Assembly (NCBI GenBank): GCA_043719295.1
Contig: JAYSUD010000001.1
Span: 189,799-253,798 of the forward strand
DNA length: 64,000 nucleotides
Origin: a bacterium
Lineage (GTDB): Bacteria; Patescibacteriota; Minisyncoccia; Phycocordibacterales; UBA918
Direction: 5' to 3'
Shown here: one piece after another, positions 46,631 to 56,108 of the stretch
How the letters are laid out: each line of letters starts with the position of its first letter
Numbering within the stretch: the stretch's first letter is position 1
The notes under the pieces: model-generated
What the model saw: the letters and a program-made list of their open reading frames with translations, nothing else
The model's database searches: none
What the model was told of the DNA's origin: nothing
Made by a program: the position numbers and the translations under genes

Positions 46631-47908
46631 TTACAACGGCAACGCTAAAAAAATTGATTCCATTTCTTCGGGAGTAAGGCCACCATGATGTCCAAAAAAA
46701 TCCTGCTCGAATACCCCTTCTTCATACCAATACACCGCATCGTGTTTATACGGAAGAATACAAATATTTCCGATTCTATCTCGAAGAGTTTGGCTTACCT
46801 TATCGCCGAAAAGACCCAGGGTGATTAAATCCTCTACAAGATACACCTCGGCCTTCCCTATCACCAGCTCTTTAATCTTTGCAAACGCACTATCAAGATA
46901 CTCATCTTTAATATATAAAAATAAGTCACGGCAACTACCTCCAAAAACCAGTGGTACTCCTTTGGTATTTGTTTTTAACCAAGAAGTAATTTCAGGAATT
47001 TCTTTATTTAAATAGATAGTTTTATCAGGACTGATTTCAGTTTGTCCATGGTCAGCAGTCATAAGCATCAAAGTTTTCCCACAATTACCTATTACTTTTG
47101 ACACAAACAATGTTTCAAGTTGGGTGAAGAAAAAATCAACCTCAGCCTCAAAGGCTGCTGAAGATGGACCTTCAATATGTCCGACGTTATCTATGTGTCC
47201 ATAGTAAAAATAGTAATATGACTTTTCTGTACTCGACATCACCTCCTTTTGAAGTTCTTGAAGCCCAGAAGCTAAAGTGTCGTAGGGATGCAGGTTTGTT
47301 AATCCTGCAGTGACAACATCACCATACGTAGAAGGTGTAAACACACTGGATTGGAAGATGTGTGTAGTAATTGATTGCTTTTCTAGTTGAGCATAAAACG
47401 AATCGTTGGGATACAGTTCTTTTGGTTCTATAGACGAACTTGCAAGTGTATTTCGACCTTTATCACGCGCATAGGAAAACAATAGCGGAGCGATGATATC
47501 GTCTACTTTTGGTTCAAAGTAAAACCATTCAAAAACACCACTTTCATCAACTCGCTTACCTGTATGAATAGCAGTTACGTGAGCAGCGGTAGTTGATGGA
47601 AATTGAGAAGTAATTTTTGAAACTACACCTTCTTCTACAAAACGCCGCAGAGTTGGGTACCTATTTTTATACTGCTCAAAAAATCTCCATCCAAAAGCAT
47701 CAACAAAAAACAAAACAACTTGGTCATATTGAGATGATAGACCTTGCAAGGTTGTAGCTGGCAATGCCTGTGATTTTGTATCACCACAAAGCAATTTTTC
47801 AATAGTCGGAGTTATATTTGAAAAACAATACGAGTCATACAGTGGCATTCTAAATTTCTCAGAAAAAGTTGAGGCATTCACAGCACTTATACTATCTTGA
47901 TTGATCAT
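46631..47908 (-). CDS. Alkaline phosphatase superfamily / nucleotide pyrophosphatase
   Basis: VDAFG, FPSTT, D..GH..GP, TADHG, HHGG. Confidence 0.85.
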   Translation of the reverse strand: MINQDSISAVNASTFSEKFRMPLYDSYCFSNITPTIEKLLCGDTKSQALPATTLQGLSSQYDQVVLFFVDAFGWRFFEQYKNRYPTLRRFVEEGVVSKITSQFPSTTAAHVTAIHTGKRVDESGVFEWFYFEPKVDDIIAPLLFSYARDKGRNTLASSSIEPKELYPNDSFYAQLEKQSITTHIFQSSVFTPSTYGDVVTAGLTNLHPYDTLASGLQELQKEVMSSTEKSYYYFYYGHIDNVGHIEGPSSAAFEAEVDFFFTQLETLFVSKVIGNCGKTLMLMTADHGQTEISPDKTIYLNKEIPEITSWLKTNTKGVPLVFGGSCRDLFLYIKDEYLDSAFAKIKELVIGKAEVYLVEDLITLGLFGDKVSQTLRDRIGNICILPYKHDAVYWYEEGVFEQDFFGHHGGLTPEEMESIFLALPL

Positions 47909-48050
47909 AGCGAAAGTATAGCAAAGATTGATACCGAGCTAAATGATACAACCATACCAAAAAGAGTATTTAATCAAACAGATCTTGATGTCAGTAATTA
48001 TCAACATCTATGTTTGATTTTTGTACATATTTAGTATATATTGTATACAT

Positions 48051-48725
48051 ATGAGTACAACATACGCGTCCTTAGTACGTGAACTCCGCCAGAAGCGGGG
48101 ATTTTCACAATTGGAACTAGCGGAGAAGCTAGGTATTTCTCGTGCCTCTTATATTGCAATTGAGCAAGGAAAACGTGAACTGAGCATGAGTGAGTGTGAA
48201 AAATTATCGCAAGTTTTAGGTGTGTCAATTAGTGACATTAAACGAGGAGAAGCGCCTAACTACGAAAAGTACAGACAGATGATTTTACTGTATCTCAGAA
48301 TGAATAATGATGTAACAAAAACTAAATTGGCAAAGCTGCTCTATTTCGCAGACTTTACCTGGTACTATCACCATCTTGAAAGTATGAGTGGCATGGAATA
48401 TCGAAAGATCCAGTATGGCCCAGTGGCAGATACGTACTTTAGACTTATCGACGAAATGCGTGATGTTGGTGAAATCAACATAGAACTCAAAGACGAAGGT
48501 GCAATGCGAATTTCACAAACTGACTCGGGAGCAAAACACGCTATCACCATGATTGAAGCAGAAGAAATTGCTCTCATGAATGATATCAACAGTAAATGGA
48601 GAGACAAGCGAACGGCTGAAATTGTATCCTTTACCCATAAACAGCTTCCCTTCCTCCTTGCTGATGATAATGAAATCGTTTCGTACAACGCATTTGGTCA
48701 AGAAAATCCGGACGATATTTATTAA
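48051..48725 (+). CDS. XRE-HTH plus Panacea (DUF4065/SocA-like) antitoxin
   Basis: LR...G.SQ.ELA..LG.SR...IE.G HTH; TKL.KLLYFADF and YGPV motifs. Confidence 0.85.
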   Translation: MSTTYASLVRELRQKRGFSQLELAEKLGISRASYIAIEQGKRELSMSECEKLSQVLGVSISDIKRGEAPNYEKYRQMILLYLRMNNDVTKTKLAKLLYFADFTWYYHHLESMSGMEYRKIQYGPVADTYFRLIDEMRDVGEINIELKDEGAMRISQTDSGAKHAITMIEAEEIALMNDINSKWRDKRTAEIVSFTHKQLPFLLADDNEIVSYNAFGQENPDDIY

Positions 48726-48732
48726 TATCTTT

Positions 48733-49125
48733 ATGAAGTACCAGGTCGTCTTTCTTCCCTATACCGATCGACACTATATAAAATCATTTGCAAAAAAATA
48801 TAAACGTGCTTGGAATGAGACGATGGACGCGCTATGTACTGAATTTCGGTCTGTAGATGTCTTATTTGCAAAAACTATTGCGGAAATTATTTGCGTATCA
48901 CCAGACAACGAGATTAAAATTTGTAAGACTGAATTTAAGATACTTGGAACGAATATATCACGACACGCTTCTGGTTATCGATGTATTATTGCAGTCCATA
49001 AAAGTAGTCAATTGGTAAATGTTTTGCTTATATATGGGAAAAGTGATGTTGGAGGAAAAAACGAAACTGCTTGGTGGAAAAATATTTTACGAGAAACATA
49101 TCCTGAGTATAAAGACATACTCTAG
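48733..49125 (+). CDS. Putative toxin partner (RelE/HigB-like)
   Basis: 7 nt downstream of antitoxin; K...KKY, SG.R.I and LLIY.K patterns. Confidence 0.55.
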   Translation: MKYQVVFLPYTDRHYIKSFAKKYKRAWNETMDALCTEFRSVDVLFAKTIAEIICVSPDNEIKICKTEFKILGTNISRHASGYRCIIAVHKSSQLVNVLLIYGKSDVGGKNETAWWKNILRETYPEYKDIL

Positions 49126-49247
49126 TATTTTATGTATTTTAAAGATACGCACAGGTCCACCCATCCCCCACGTTCAATTGCTAAATGCGTAATTATCCAG
49201 CATAGTTAAGATAGTTCTTTTCGTCATGTAACTTTGGAGGACTCACG

Positions 49248-49703
49248 ATGACACGCGTATCTGACGACTCTTTCATGATCGGGCCATTTGGCGACAGTAA
49301 GAAGCCATATGATTACTGTGAAACAATGCTTAAATACGCCCTTCTAGCAGAAGGACCAAAGCAAACAGAGATTTTTGAATCGTCAATTGGTCTCATTATC
49401 GACATGCTTGTTGACGGCATCACCGATGAGTTAGCGGTGAAAAACAAGTGGTCACGTGAGCAAGGTAATCTTGCTGATAAAATATTGTTATCATTCGTTG
49501 AAATTTCACGAATATACGTCATCGACACTTTCAGTGAAAAAAGCTTGAGTGATAACGATGGGACTGATGGACCACTGGCATTTGCGATACTGTTCTTCTG
49601 GACATTGCGGGATAGGGCGTACCAATGTGTAGAAGACAATGTAAAGACGATGCAAACGCAACTTTCCATAACTAAGCAAGTTCCACCGGAAAACATAAGT
49701 TAA
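49248..49703 (+). CDS. Hypothetical protein (SD-led ORFan)
   Basis: GGAGG RBS, TTGCTA-17-CATAGT promoter, terminator at 49719-49747. Confidence 0.6.
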   Translation: MTRVSDDSFMIGPFGDSKKPYDYCETMLKYALLAEGPKQTEIFESSIGLIIDMLVDGITDELAVKNKWSREQGNLADKILLSFVEISRIYVIDTFSEKSLSDNDGTDGPLAFAILFFWTLRDRAYQCVEDNVKTMQTQLSITKQVPPENIS

Positions 49704-49929
49704 GTGCTCACCTCGCAAAAAAGGCCACTCTGACAAAGTGGCCTTTTCACATACTGTATTCATTTGATATACTTCACCTACCAAAGACCCTGAAATTAGT
49801 TTTGTTACCATTACTACTTATACTAGTTTCAAATGAGGCCACATATAGACCATCTAAAGAAACTCTGCTTTTATATGCTTATTTTACAACATAATTTTTA
49901 CACTTTGTCGGCATAGTATACTTAAAGGG

Positions 49930-50757
49930 ATGCGACATCAGGCTGTATATAAAACAAATGGATTACCAACTCTTGGCGTTATTTTTGCTTTTTGTTCATT
50001 TATTTTAGTCGCTTTTTTCTATCAAGATGAAGTAAAACTAAGTACTGTTGAAAATAATGCGAATGTGGTTACCGCTTCAAAGCAAATTCGCAACATAACT
50101 ACTACTAATACTCCTGTAGCCCTCGCTTCACGTGAAGATGTACCGCGTGTAGTACTCACAAGTAGTACAACAATTGCTATTCAAGATGAAGTAACGATAC
50201 ATAAACCCAAAACTAAAAACAGAGAAAGTGCTACTTCAAAGACTTCTCCTAAAACAATCGACACTGATACAACAGTTATTGTAAAAAATGATGCTACTCT
50301 GACTTTGGTTGAAGATGTAGCAGAACCTTTTACTCGTGATGCTCTCTATGTGAAGACGCTGATACAACTGATTGAAGAAATGACTAATAGTTTTAGAATT
50401 GAAGAAGGTCTTAATCCACTTGTGTACTCTTCTACTCTTGAAACCAACGCACAAAAGTACAGCGAGGTTATGCTTGCTGGAAATTTTCTTTCGCACACAA
50501 ACAAAATTGGCTGTAGTCTTACCTGTCGTTTTAGTAATGATGGATATACAGCAACTGCGTGGGGAGAAAACTTAGCGACAATAAGTTTCACGAAGAAGCA
50601 AAGTCCTGAAGAAGTTGCTTCGTTTTTTATGGGACAATGGAAAAAAAGTGCTGGTCATAGAGATAACCTTGTATCTGAACAATTCACCCACCAAGGTATT
50701 GGCATAGCTGTCTCAGCTACTTCAGTATATGCGACGGTACAATTTGCAAAACCATAG
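49930..50757 (+). CDS. CAP/SCP (YkwD-like) domain membrane-anchored protein
   Basis: N..R...GL.PL, FLSH, WGENLA, W.KS.GHR.NL, GIG. Confidence 0.88.
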   Translation: MRHQAVYKTNGLPTLGVIFAFCSFILVAFFYQDEVKLSTVENNANVVTASKQIRNITTTNTPVALASREDVPRVVLTSSTTIAIQDEVTIHKPKTKNRESATSKTSPKTIDTDTTVIVKNDATLTLVEDVAEPFTRDALYVKTLIQLIEEMTNSFRIEEGLNPLVYSSTLETNAQKYSEVMLAGNFLSHTNKIGCSLTCRFSNDGYTATAWGENLATISFTKKQSPEEVASFFMGQWKKSAGHRDNLVSEQFTHQGIGIAVSATSVYATVQFAKP

Positions 50758-50842
50758 TTATAGCTATCTCCAATAATAAACATATAGCAAATACCCACCA
50801 GAACATCTTTGGTGGTTATTTGTTTTTTACATTACTCATTAA

Positions 50843-51043
50843 GGGCTGCAGAAATGAGTGTAATTCGAGACGCGAAGTAAAAAATATGCGAGCCCTACTT
50901 GCTGTAGGGTGAACAGATTTTTTATGCACGCAACGTTAAACTATGACTAAACGTCATTGTTTAAAAGGTTGTCGATATTTTGAAGAAATATCATACAGCC
51001 TGAACAGTTCCTGTATGGAAGAAGTACGCCATTTATACAGGCC
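50843..51043 (+). repeat. Family A element copy A4 with an internal insertion of about 80 nt
   Basis: GGGCTGCAGAAATGAGTG..TTCGAGAC..GAGCCCTAC-ttgct-GTAGGGTGA..AACG [insert] GAAGAA..CATTTATACAGGCC; abuts CTAG stop. Confidence 0.8.
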
Positions 51044-52861
51044 CTAGTTGACGGTGAAGTTAAACATCATCCCGGCCCCCATATGCTCTGCAATATGGCA
51101 GTGTGACATCCACGTCCCTTTATTACTCATGTCAATAAGAATATCAACAGTCTGACCCATTGGAATTAAGACCGTATCTTTCCACTGCAAGTTTTCGTTT
51201 GCAACACCATCACGACCTAAGACAACAAACCGCTGTCCATGGAAGTGCAGTGGGTGTTGCATTGGGTGGAGTCCTTTACCGTCATTAAACACACGTATCT
51301 TAACCATGTCACCTTGTGTAAATGACCAATTGATTGCACTGTTTTTTAGTCCTGTTGTTTCATCTTCAATGACCCATTCTACAGTTTCATTTGAACTCAT
51401 TTGATTAACTTCAGCCATGCCGTCTTCCCACTCAATGCCGTCTTGGTGGGTGTGCATCATTGCCATAGGCATACCTGCAGTTAGATATGTTGAACAACCA
51501 TCTGTATTTGGTACAAGCTGACAATACTGTGTCGCTTGCGACTCTGTCATTTCTTTCCCTCCGAGTATCACTGTTTTATTTTGCGCTGTTTGTAGCAAAG
51601 GTCCGCATTCTGCCATTGATGGCATGACCGCACAGTGCTCTATCCCTTGTTGTTTTGTCATTTTAACTCCCATAACCATCACGTTTCCATCACTATCAAC
51701 TTGACCTACAGAAGTATCACTTGAGCTTATGCTCTTTAGTTCAATATCAAGGCGGATTTTTTTATCAGGTTCTTTTTTGAGGAGTGCTCCAATGTTGGTT
51801 CGGATATTTTCATAGTCAGAGGTGTTTGAACGCATTTGTAGAAATTTTTGCTCTTCAACCGCACTACTTGGTTTTACAATCACCTCACCAATTTTCAAAC
51901 CACGATTTAAGATTGGATAGGTACCTGCTTCTTTGTAGAGCAGTTCAAGCACATAGCGTTCAGATGGACCAAATACCGTTTTTTCAATTTGAACTTCTTT
52001 TTCAATTCGTCCGTTATCGCCTCCAACTTCTTTAACTAGCGCTCCAGAAAAAGCAATCTCAAGCGTACGCGTGTTTGCAACGTTAGTGAGAAAGAAACGG
52101 GATACTTCCCCTTGGTTGACGGTCAGTTGTAAATTTTCTTTGTCGTTAATGAGAATTTGATCACCATACCGACCCATGAGTGTATGAGTAATAATCGTGG
52201 GATCAAAATCCCCTTTTTCAAGAAGGTCATCAAAAATAAGATACTCTTCGTGCGCAACGGTATTCCAATACCCATCTTCAGTAACTATCATGTTGCCATA
52301 AAGCCCTAGTTCCTGCTGGTAGTCTTCACGAATGTGCGGGTGATACCAGAAAACACCTGTATCAGGAAACTCAAGCTCATAGGTAAATGTACCTCCAATT
52401 GGTATTGGACTTTGAGAAACTGGTACAGCTCCATCGAATTTCCAATTACCTCGAAGTCCATGTGAATGAAGTGCAGTTTCCATATCGATACTATTCTTAA
52501 AGTTCACGGTTATTTTTGAACCTTTCTCAACTTTAAGTATAGGTCCTGGAATCTGTCCATTATATGCAAGGCGTTTTATCGTTCTATTACCTACTTCTTG
52601 CACCACAATAGTCGCCTCAAGATCAAAGGTGTCACCATCTTTAAGCTCCACAATTTGTGTTGGTTTAACGCTATCTCTGTTTTCATCAACCAACGTCAAT
52701 CCCCCTTTAAAGTTCTCAGGTGTCAGTATTTGTTCAACTTCCATTTGCTTAGTAATTCGATCACCGTACAACGTATAGAGTAGAACCCCAACAATAACAA
52801 GGCAGAGTGAGACAATAATAGTTATGAGAAGCCTGAATTGTGATGGTAAAATTTTAATCAT
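51044..52861 (-). CDS. Multicopper oxidase
   Basis: HSHG, WYHPH, HPLHFHG and HCHIAEH....M copper motifs; N-terminal TM. Confidence 0.93.
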   Translation of the reverse strand: MIKILPSQFRLLITIIVSLCLVIVGVLLYTLYGDRITKQMEVEQILTPENFKGGLTLVDENRDSVKPTQIVELKDGDTFDLEATIVVQEVGNRTIKRLAYNGQIPGPILKVEKGSKITVNFKNSIDMETALHSHGLRGNWKFDGAVPVSQSPIPIGGTFTYELEFPDTGVFWYHPHIREDYQQELGLYGNMIVTEDGYWNTVAHEEYLIFDDLLEKGDFDPTIITHTLMGRYGDQILINDKENLQLTVNQGEVSRFFLTNVANTRTLEIAFSGALVKEVGGDNGRIEKEVQIEKTVFGPSERYVLELLYKEAGTYPILNRGLKIGEVIVKPSSAVEEQKFLQMRSNTSDYENIRTNIGALLKKEPDKKIRLDIELKSISSSDTSVGQVDSDGNVMVMGVKMTKQQGIEHCAVMPSMAECGPLLQTAQNKTVILGGKEMTESQATQYCQLVPNTDGCSTYLTAGMPMAMMHTHQDGIEWEDGMAEVNQMSSNETVEWVIEDETTGLKNSAINWSFTQGDMVKIRVFNDGKGLHPMQHPLHFHGQRFVVLGRDGVANENLQWKDTVLIPMGQTVDILIDMSNKGTWMSHCHIAEHMGAGMMFNFTVN

Positions 52862-52880
52862 GTGTAATCAACCTACTTTA

Positions 52881-53567
52881 TTATCTTTCAGATACTACAA
52901 GATACCCCACCATCCCCTGTTGCCGATGACTCATTACAGAACAATAGTATTGGAACGTTCCTACTTTCTCAGCGACAAAGGTAACTGAAGTAGTTCCTTC
53001 CCCTTGGTTTACTCGCTTTGTGAAAGCCTTAAATTCATCAAGTGCCCAGTCGTGAAATCCTTCTTCACTTTTGAAGTTGATGGTTACCGTATCTCCTTTT
53101 TTAACTTTTATCTGTTTAATGTCATATGCAAAGTCAGTCCCCACCACATCAATATTCACCTGTGCATTTTTTATCTTTGATGCTTCAGTTGTTGACTTAG
53201 TACCAACTCGCATATCAACAAGAGGCTTCACGAGTTGACCATCTTGAAGTTTGATCATACCGTTTTCTAAAATCTCTGCACCCTTAACTTCACTCCCATC
53301 TTTAGCCATTACGGTACCGTCAGGCATAATATGGATTCCTTCGATATCTGGCATCGTTGTATTTGTAACATCGACTTTATCATCTGGAATTTTCTCTACT
53401 TCATTTTTTGGTGTCGGTTCCGTGTTTGTAGGCTGTACAACAACATTCGCCCCAGTAACTTCTGTAGTACTTTGAGTATTTTTACTTTGTACATCTCCAT
53501 ACAACAGATAGGCACCAAGTAAGAGAGCGCACAAGAGTACAATGCTGATACATAGTTTCTTTGTCAT
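52881..53567 (-). CDS. Cupredoxin-domain protein
   Basis: G.HD, YYCSV..H...GM.G; N-terminal TM. Confidence 0.88.
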   Translation of the reverse strand: MTKKLCISIVLLCALLLGAYLLYGDVQSKNTQSTTEVTGANVVVQPTNTEPTPKNEVEKIPDDKVDVTNTTMPDIEGIHIMPDGTVMAKDGSEVKGAEILENGMIKLQDGQLVKPLVDMRVGTKSTTEASKIKNAQVNIDVVGTDFAYDIKQIKVKKGDTVTINFKSEEGFHDWALDEFKAFTKRVNQGEGTTSVTFVAEKVGTFQYYCSVMSHRQQGMVGYLVVSER

Positions 53568-53571
53568 AGAG

Positions 53572-54195
53572 TTATCGTAAATCAAACGCTGGGGTTATGA
53601 TATCACCATCACTTAACTTTACTTTTCCATCTTGTGTTACTGTTGCACCAGAAACTTTAGTACCGTTTCCCCACATAATAGTACCGTCATTCATGATATG
53701 AATTCCCGATTCATCTTGTTCACTATCTTCATTGTGTGCGTGCACAGAATCACCTTTTGCATCTAATTTTCCTTCTGGAAACGTAATGACCTCTTCAATA
53801 GCATGTACTGACAAACCTGTCTTCTTTGCAATAGCCTCTATTACCGCTTCTTCATCTGTGTAGTCAATACCTTCAAGGATAAACGCTTCTTCAGCTTTAC
53901 CTTCTTTCTGTACATGTGCATGCGTTTTATAACTATGAACTTCTACTGTAACCTTAAGTTCATCAGAGTCGCTTCCATCGTGATGATCTGTCTTTACAGG
54001 TAGAGCTGCTTTCATCTTAAGCAATTCAACTACTTCTGTGAGGATAGTTATCATTTGTTTTAGTTGTGTAATTTTTGCTGTATCTTCAGCATGAACTTCA
54101 CCGTTATGTGCTGATGCAACAGGGAGAACTGCCAAAAATGCAAGCATACACAGAAGTGCATACGCAGAAAATTTCTTTGAAATGTGTGTAATCAT
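53572..54195 (-). CDS. Secreted His-rich putative metal-binding protein
   Basis: Signal peptide ending ASAH; His clusters; GIHIMNDGT motif. Confidence 0.7.
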   Translation of the reverse strand: MITHISKKFSAYALLCMLAFLAVLPVASAHNGEVHAEDTAKITQLKQMITILTEVVELLKMKAALPVKTDHHDGSDSDELKVTVEVHSYKTHAHVQKEGKAEEAFILEGIDYTDEEAVIEAIAKKTGLSVHAIEEVITFPEGKLDAKGDSVHAHNEDSEQDESGIHIMNDGTIMWGNGTKVSGATVTQDGKVKLSDGDIITPAFDLR

Positions 54196-54251
54196 AAATA
54201 TTTGTTTTATTGAATGCATAATAAATCTCTATAAACGTTCAAAAAACAAAT

Positions 54252-54653
54252 CTAGTACAACTTAGGATTAAGAATTCCTTTTATAAAAAACAACGTGGAG
54301 TAATTCACAATTCTTAGTGAAACCGCCATGACTCTGCGAAGTTGCAGTGCAAGGAAATACGCACAAAAAAATAAAAAGAGACTCCAGGTACCATACAAAA
54401 GTGCAAGCGTCTCTTCACTTAGAATCAATGCAGTTGGAATAAAAAAGAGTACCTTCTTTTCAGCGCTATGCATGTACTCAGTTAGTGACACGAACACTGA
54501 TGAATCTGTATCTGTTGTTTGTTCATGTGACTGTGTGCCCCCGTGACTATGGGGAATTTGGATTGCGTGGAGACCAAACGAAGCAAGAAGGAGAAAAATA
54601 GCGAAAAATGCAAAAAGTTCCATTACTCTTTTTTTAGCTTTGACTCTAACCAT
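54252..54653 (-). CDS. Hypothetical membrane protein (first gene of copper cluster)
   Basis: Hydrophobic segments, HSH motif. Confidence 0.55.
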   Translation of the reverse strand: MVRVKAKKRVMELFAFFAIFLLLASFGLHAIQIPHSHGGTQSHEQTTDTDSSVFVSLTEYMHSAEKKVLFFIPTALILSEETLALLYGTWSLFLFFCAYFLALQLRRVMAVSLRIVNYSTLFFIKGILNPKLY

Positions 54654-54775
54654 ATGTTGTTACCATCATACCAAATAGAACTAGCATAGAAAACCATTCA
54701 TTTGAACAAAAAGGCATCCTAGACATAGAGAAATGTCGTGATACTATTCGAGAGATACAAAGCACCACTCATTGA

Positions 54776-55552
54776 ATGTATATGCACATCCCTCTCAAGA
54801 AAATTAAAGAACTTACTGAAAAAAAGTACCGAACTGAAACAAAGCTGTTTTTAGTTGAAGGTGAAAAAAATATCTTGGAGCTTTTACGTTCTGATTTTGA
54901 AGTGGTGACACTTTTAGGTACTGTACCCTTTTTGAATATAATTAGAACTGAAATTCTTAGCTATGAAAAAGAACACGGCCCACTTACCTGTATAGAAGCA
55001 ACAGAAAACACATTGGTGCAAACAGGAACCTTACTTTCAAACAACACCGGGATTGCCGTCGTACGCCAAAAAGATGCACCTTCGGTAGAAGCGGTCATTA
55101 CTTCAGCACAAGATACCATTGTGCTTATCCTTGATGATATTCGGGATCCTGGAAACTTAGGCACTATTATTCGAACGGCAGATTGGTACGGAGTGACTCA
55201 TATTGTAGCCTCAAATACTACAACTGACTGCTATAACCCTAAGGTTATTGGAGCTACTATGGGTTCGTTTACACGAATGTCGTTACTGTATACAGACCTA
55301 GATTCACTTTTTGAACTCATAGAACCACTTTCTATTCCTGTACTGGTTTCAGAATTAGCGGGGTTAAATACGCATACAGAAGTGTTACCGCAACATGGCT
55401 TTTTACTTATGGGAAGCGAATCACATGGTGCAAGCAAAGCTTCACGACAACATGCTACGCACACTGTTACTATCCCCCGCTTTGGAAAAGCTGAGTCACT
55501 TAATGTGAGTGTCGCAACAGGAATTCTTCTTGATACAATCCGTCGCTTTTAA
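54776..55552 (+). CDS. TrmH/SpoU family RNA methyltransferase
   Basis: D.IRDPGNLGTIIRTA, MGSESHG, ESLNVSVA. Confidence 0.92.
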   Translation: MYMHIPLKKIKELTEKKYRTETKLFLVEGEKNILELLRSDFEVVTLLGTVPFLNIIRTEILSYEKEHGPLTCIEATENTLVQTGTLLSNNTGIAVVRQKDAPSVEAVITSAQDTIVLILDDIRDPGNLGTIIRTADWYGVTHIVASNTTTDCYNPKVIGATMGSFTRMSLLYTDLDSLFELIEPLSIPVLVSELAGLNTHTEVLPQHGFLLMGSESHGASKASRQHATHTVTIPRFGKAESLNVSVATGILLDTIRRF

Positions 55553-55560
55553 TATGCTCA

Positions 55561-55680
55561 GGACTTGCACAAATGAGTGCAGTTCGAGGCGTACAAGCAA
55601 AATAATGCGAGACGTACATTTTGTACGTAGAGTATTATTTTGAGCAGTACAAGGAAGAAATGTGCCATTTGTGCAAGTGC
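55561..55680 (+). repeat. Family A element copy A5
   Basis: Perfect ACTTGCACAAATG/CATTTGTGCAAGT stem, CAAAATAATGC/GTATTATTTTG stem, GAGACGTAC-atttt-GTACGTAGA. Confidence 0.9.
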
Positions 55681-55682
55681 TG

Positions 55683-55994
55683 TTACTCAATTACCACAGC
55701 AGTACCAGACACAGTAACCATAAGCATATTACCGATAGTTTGATAATCAATATCAATACCGATTATGGCATTAGCCCCCAAAGCTGCTGCTTTCGCTTCA
55801 ATTTCTTTAAACGAAGCTTCACGGGCATCAGAAATGGTTTTTTCATAGGTTGTCGATCTTCCGCCAACAATATCTCTGATACTTGCCATAATGTCCTTAA
55901 TCACGTTAGCACCAAAGATTGTCTCACCAGTAACTACTCCTTTATATGACTGAATCTTTTTTCCTTCGATACTGTGTGTGGTGGTGAATTCCAT
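55683..55994 (-). CDS. YbjQ/UPF0145 family protein
   Basis: [32 protein letters not shown]. Confidence 0.9.
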   Translation of the reverse strand: MEFTTTHSIEGKKIQSYKGVVTGETIFGANVIKDIMASIRDIVGGRSTTYEKTISDAREASFKEIEAKAAALGANAIIGIDIDYQTIGNMLMVTVSGTAVVIE

Positions 55995-56108
55995 ATTCAA
56001 ATATTATAATTATTTTAGTACTGTACTAGAGAAATGGGCTCTGTTCAATGCCGTATCTCTGCCATAGCTCAATTTTCATTTATATACAGCATATGCTACA
56101 TTGCTTTT

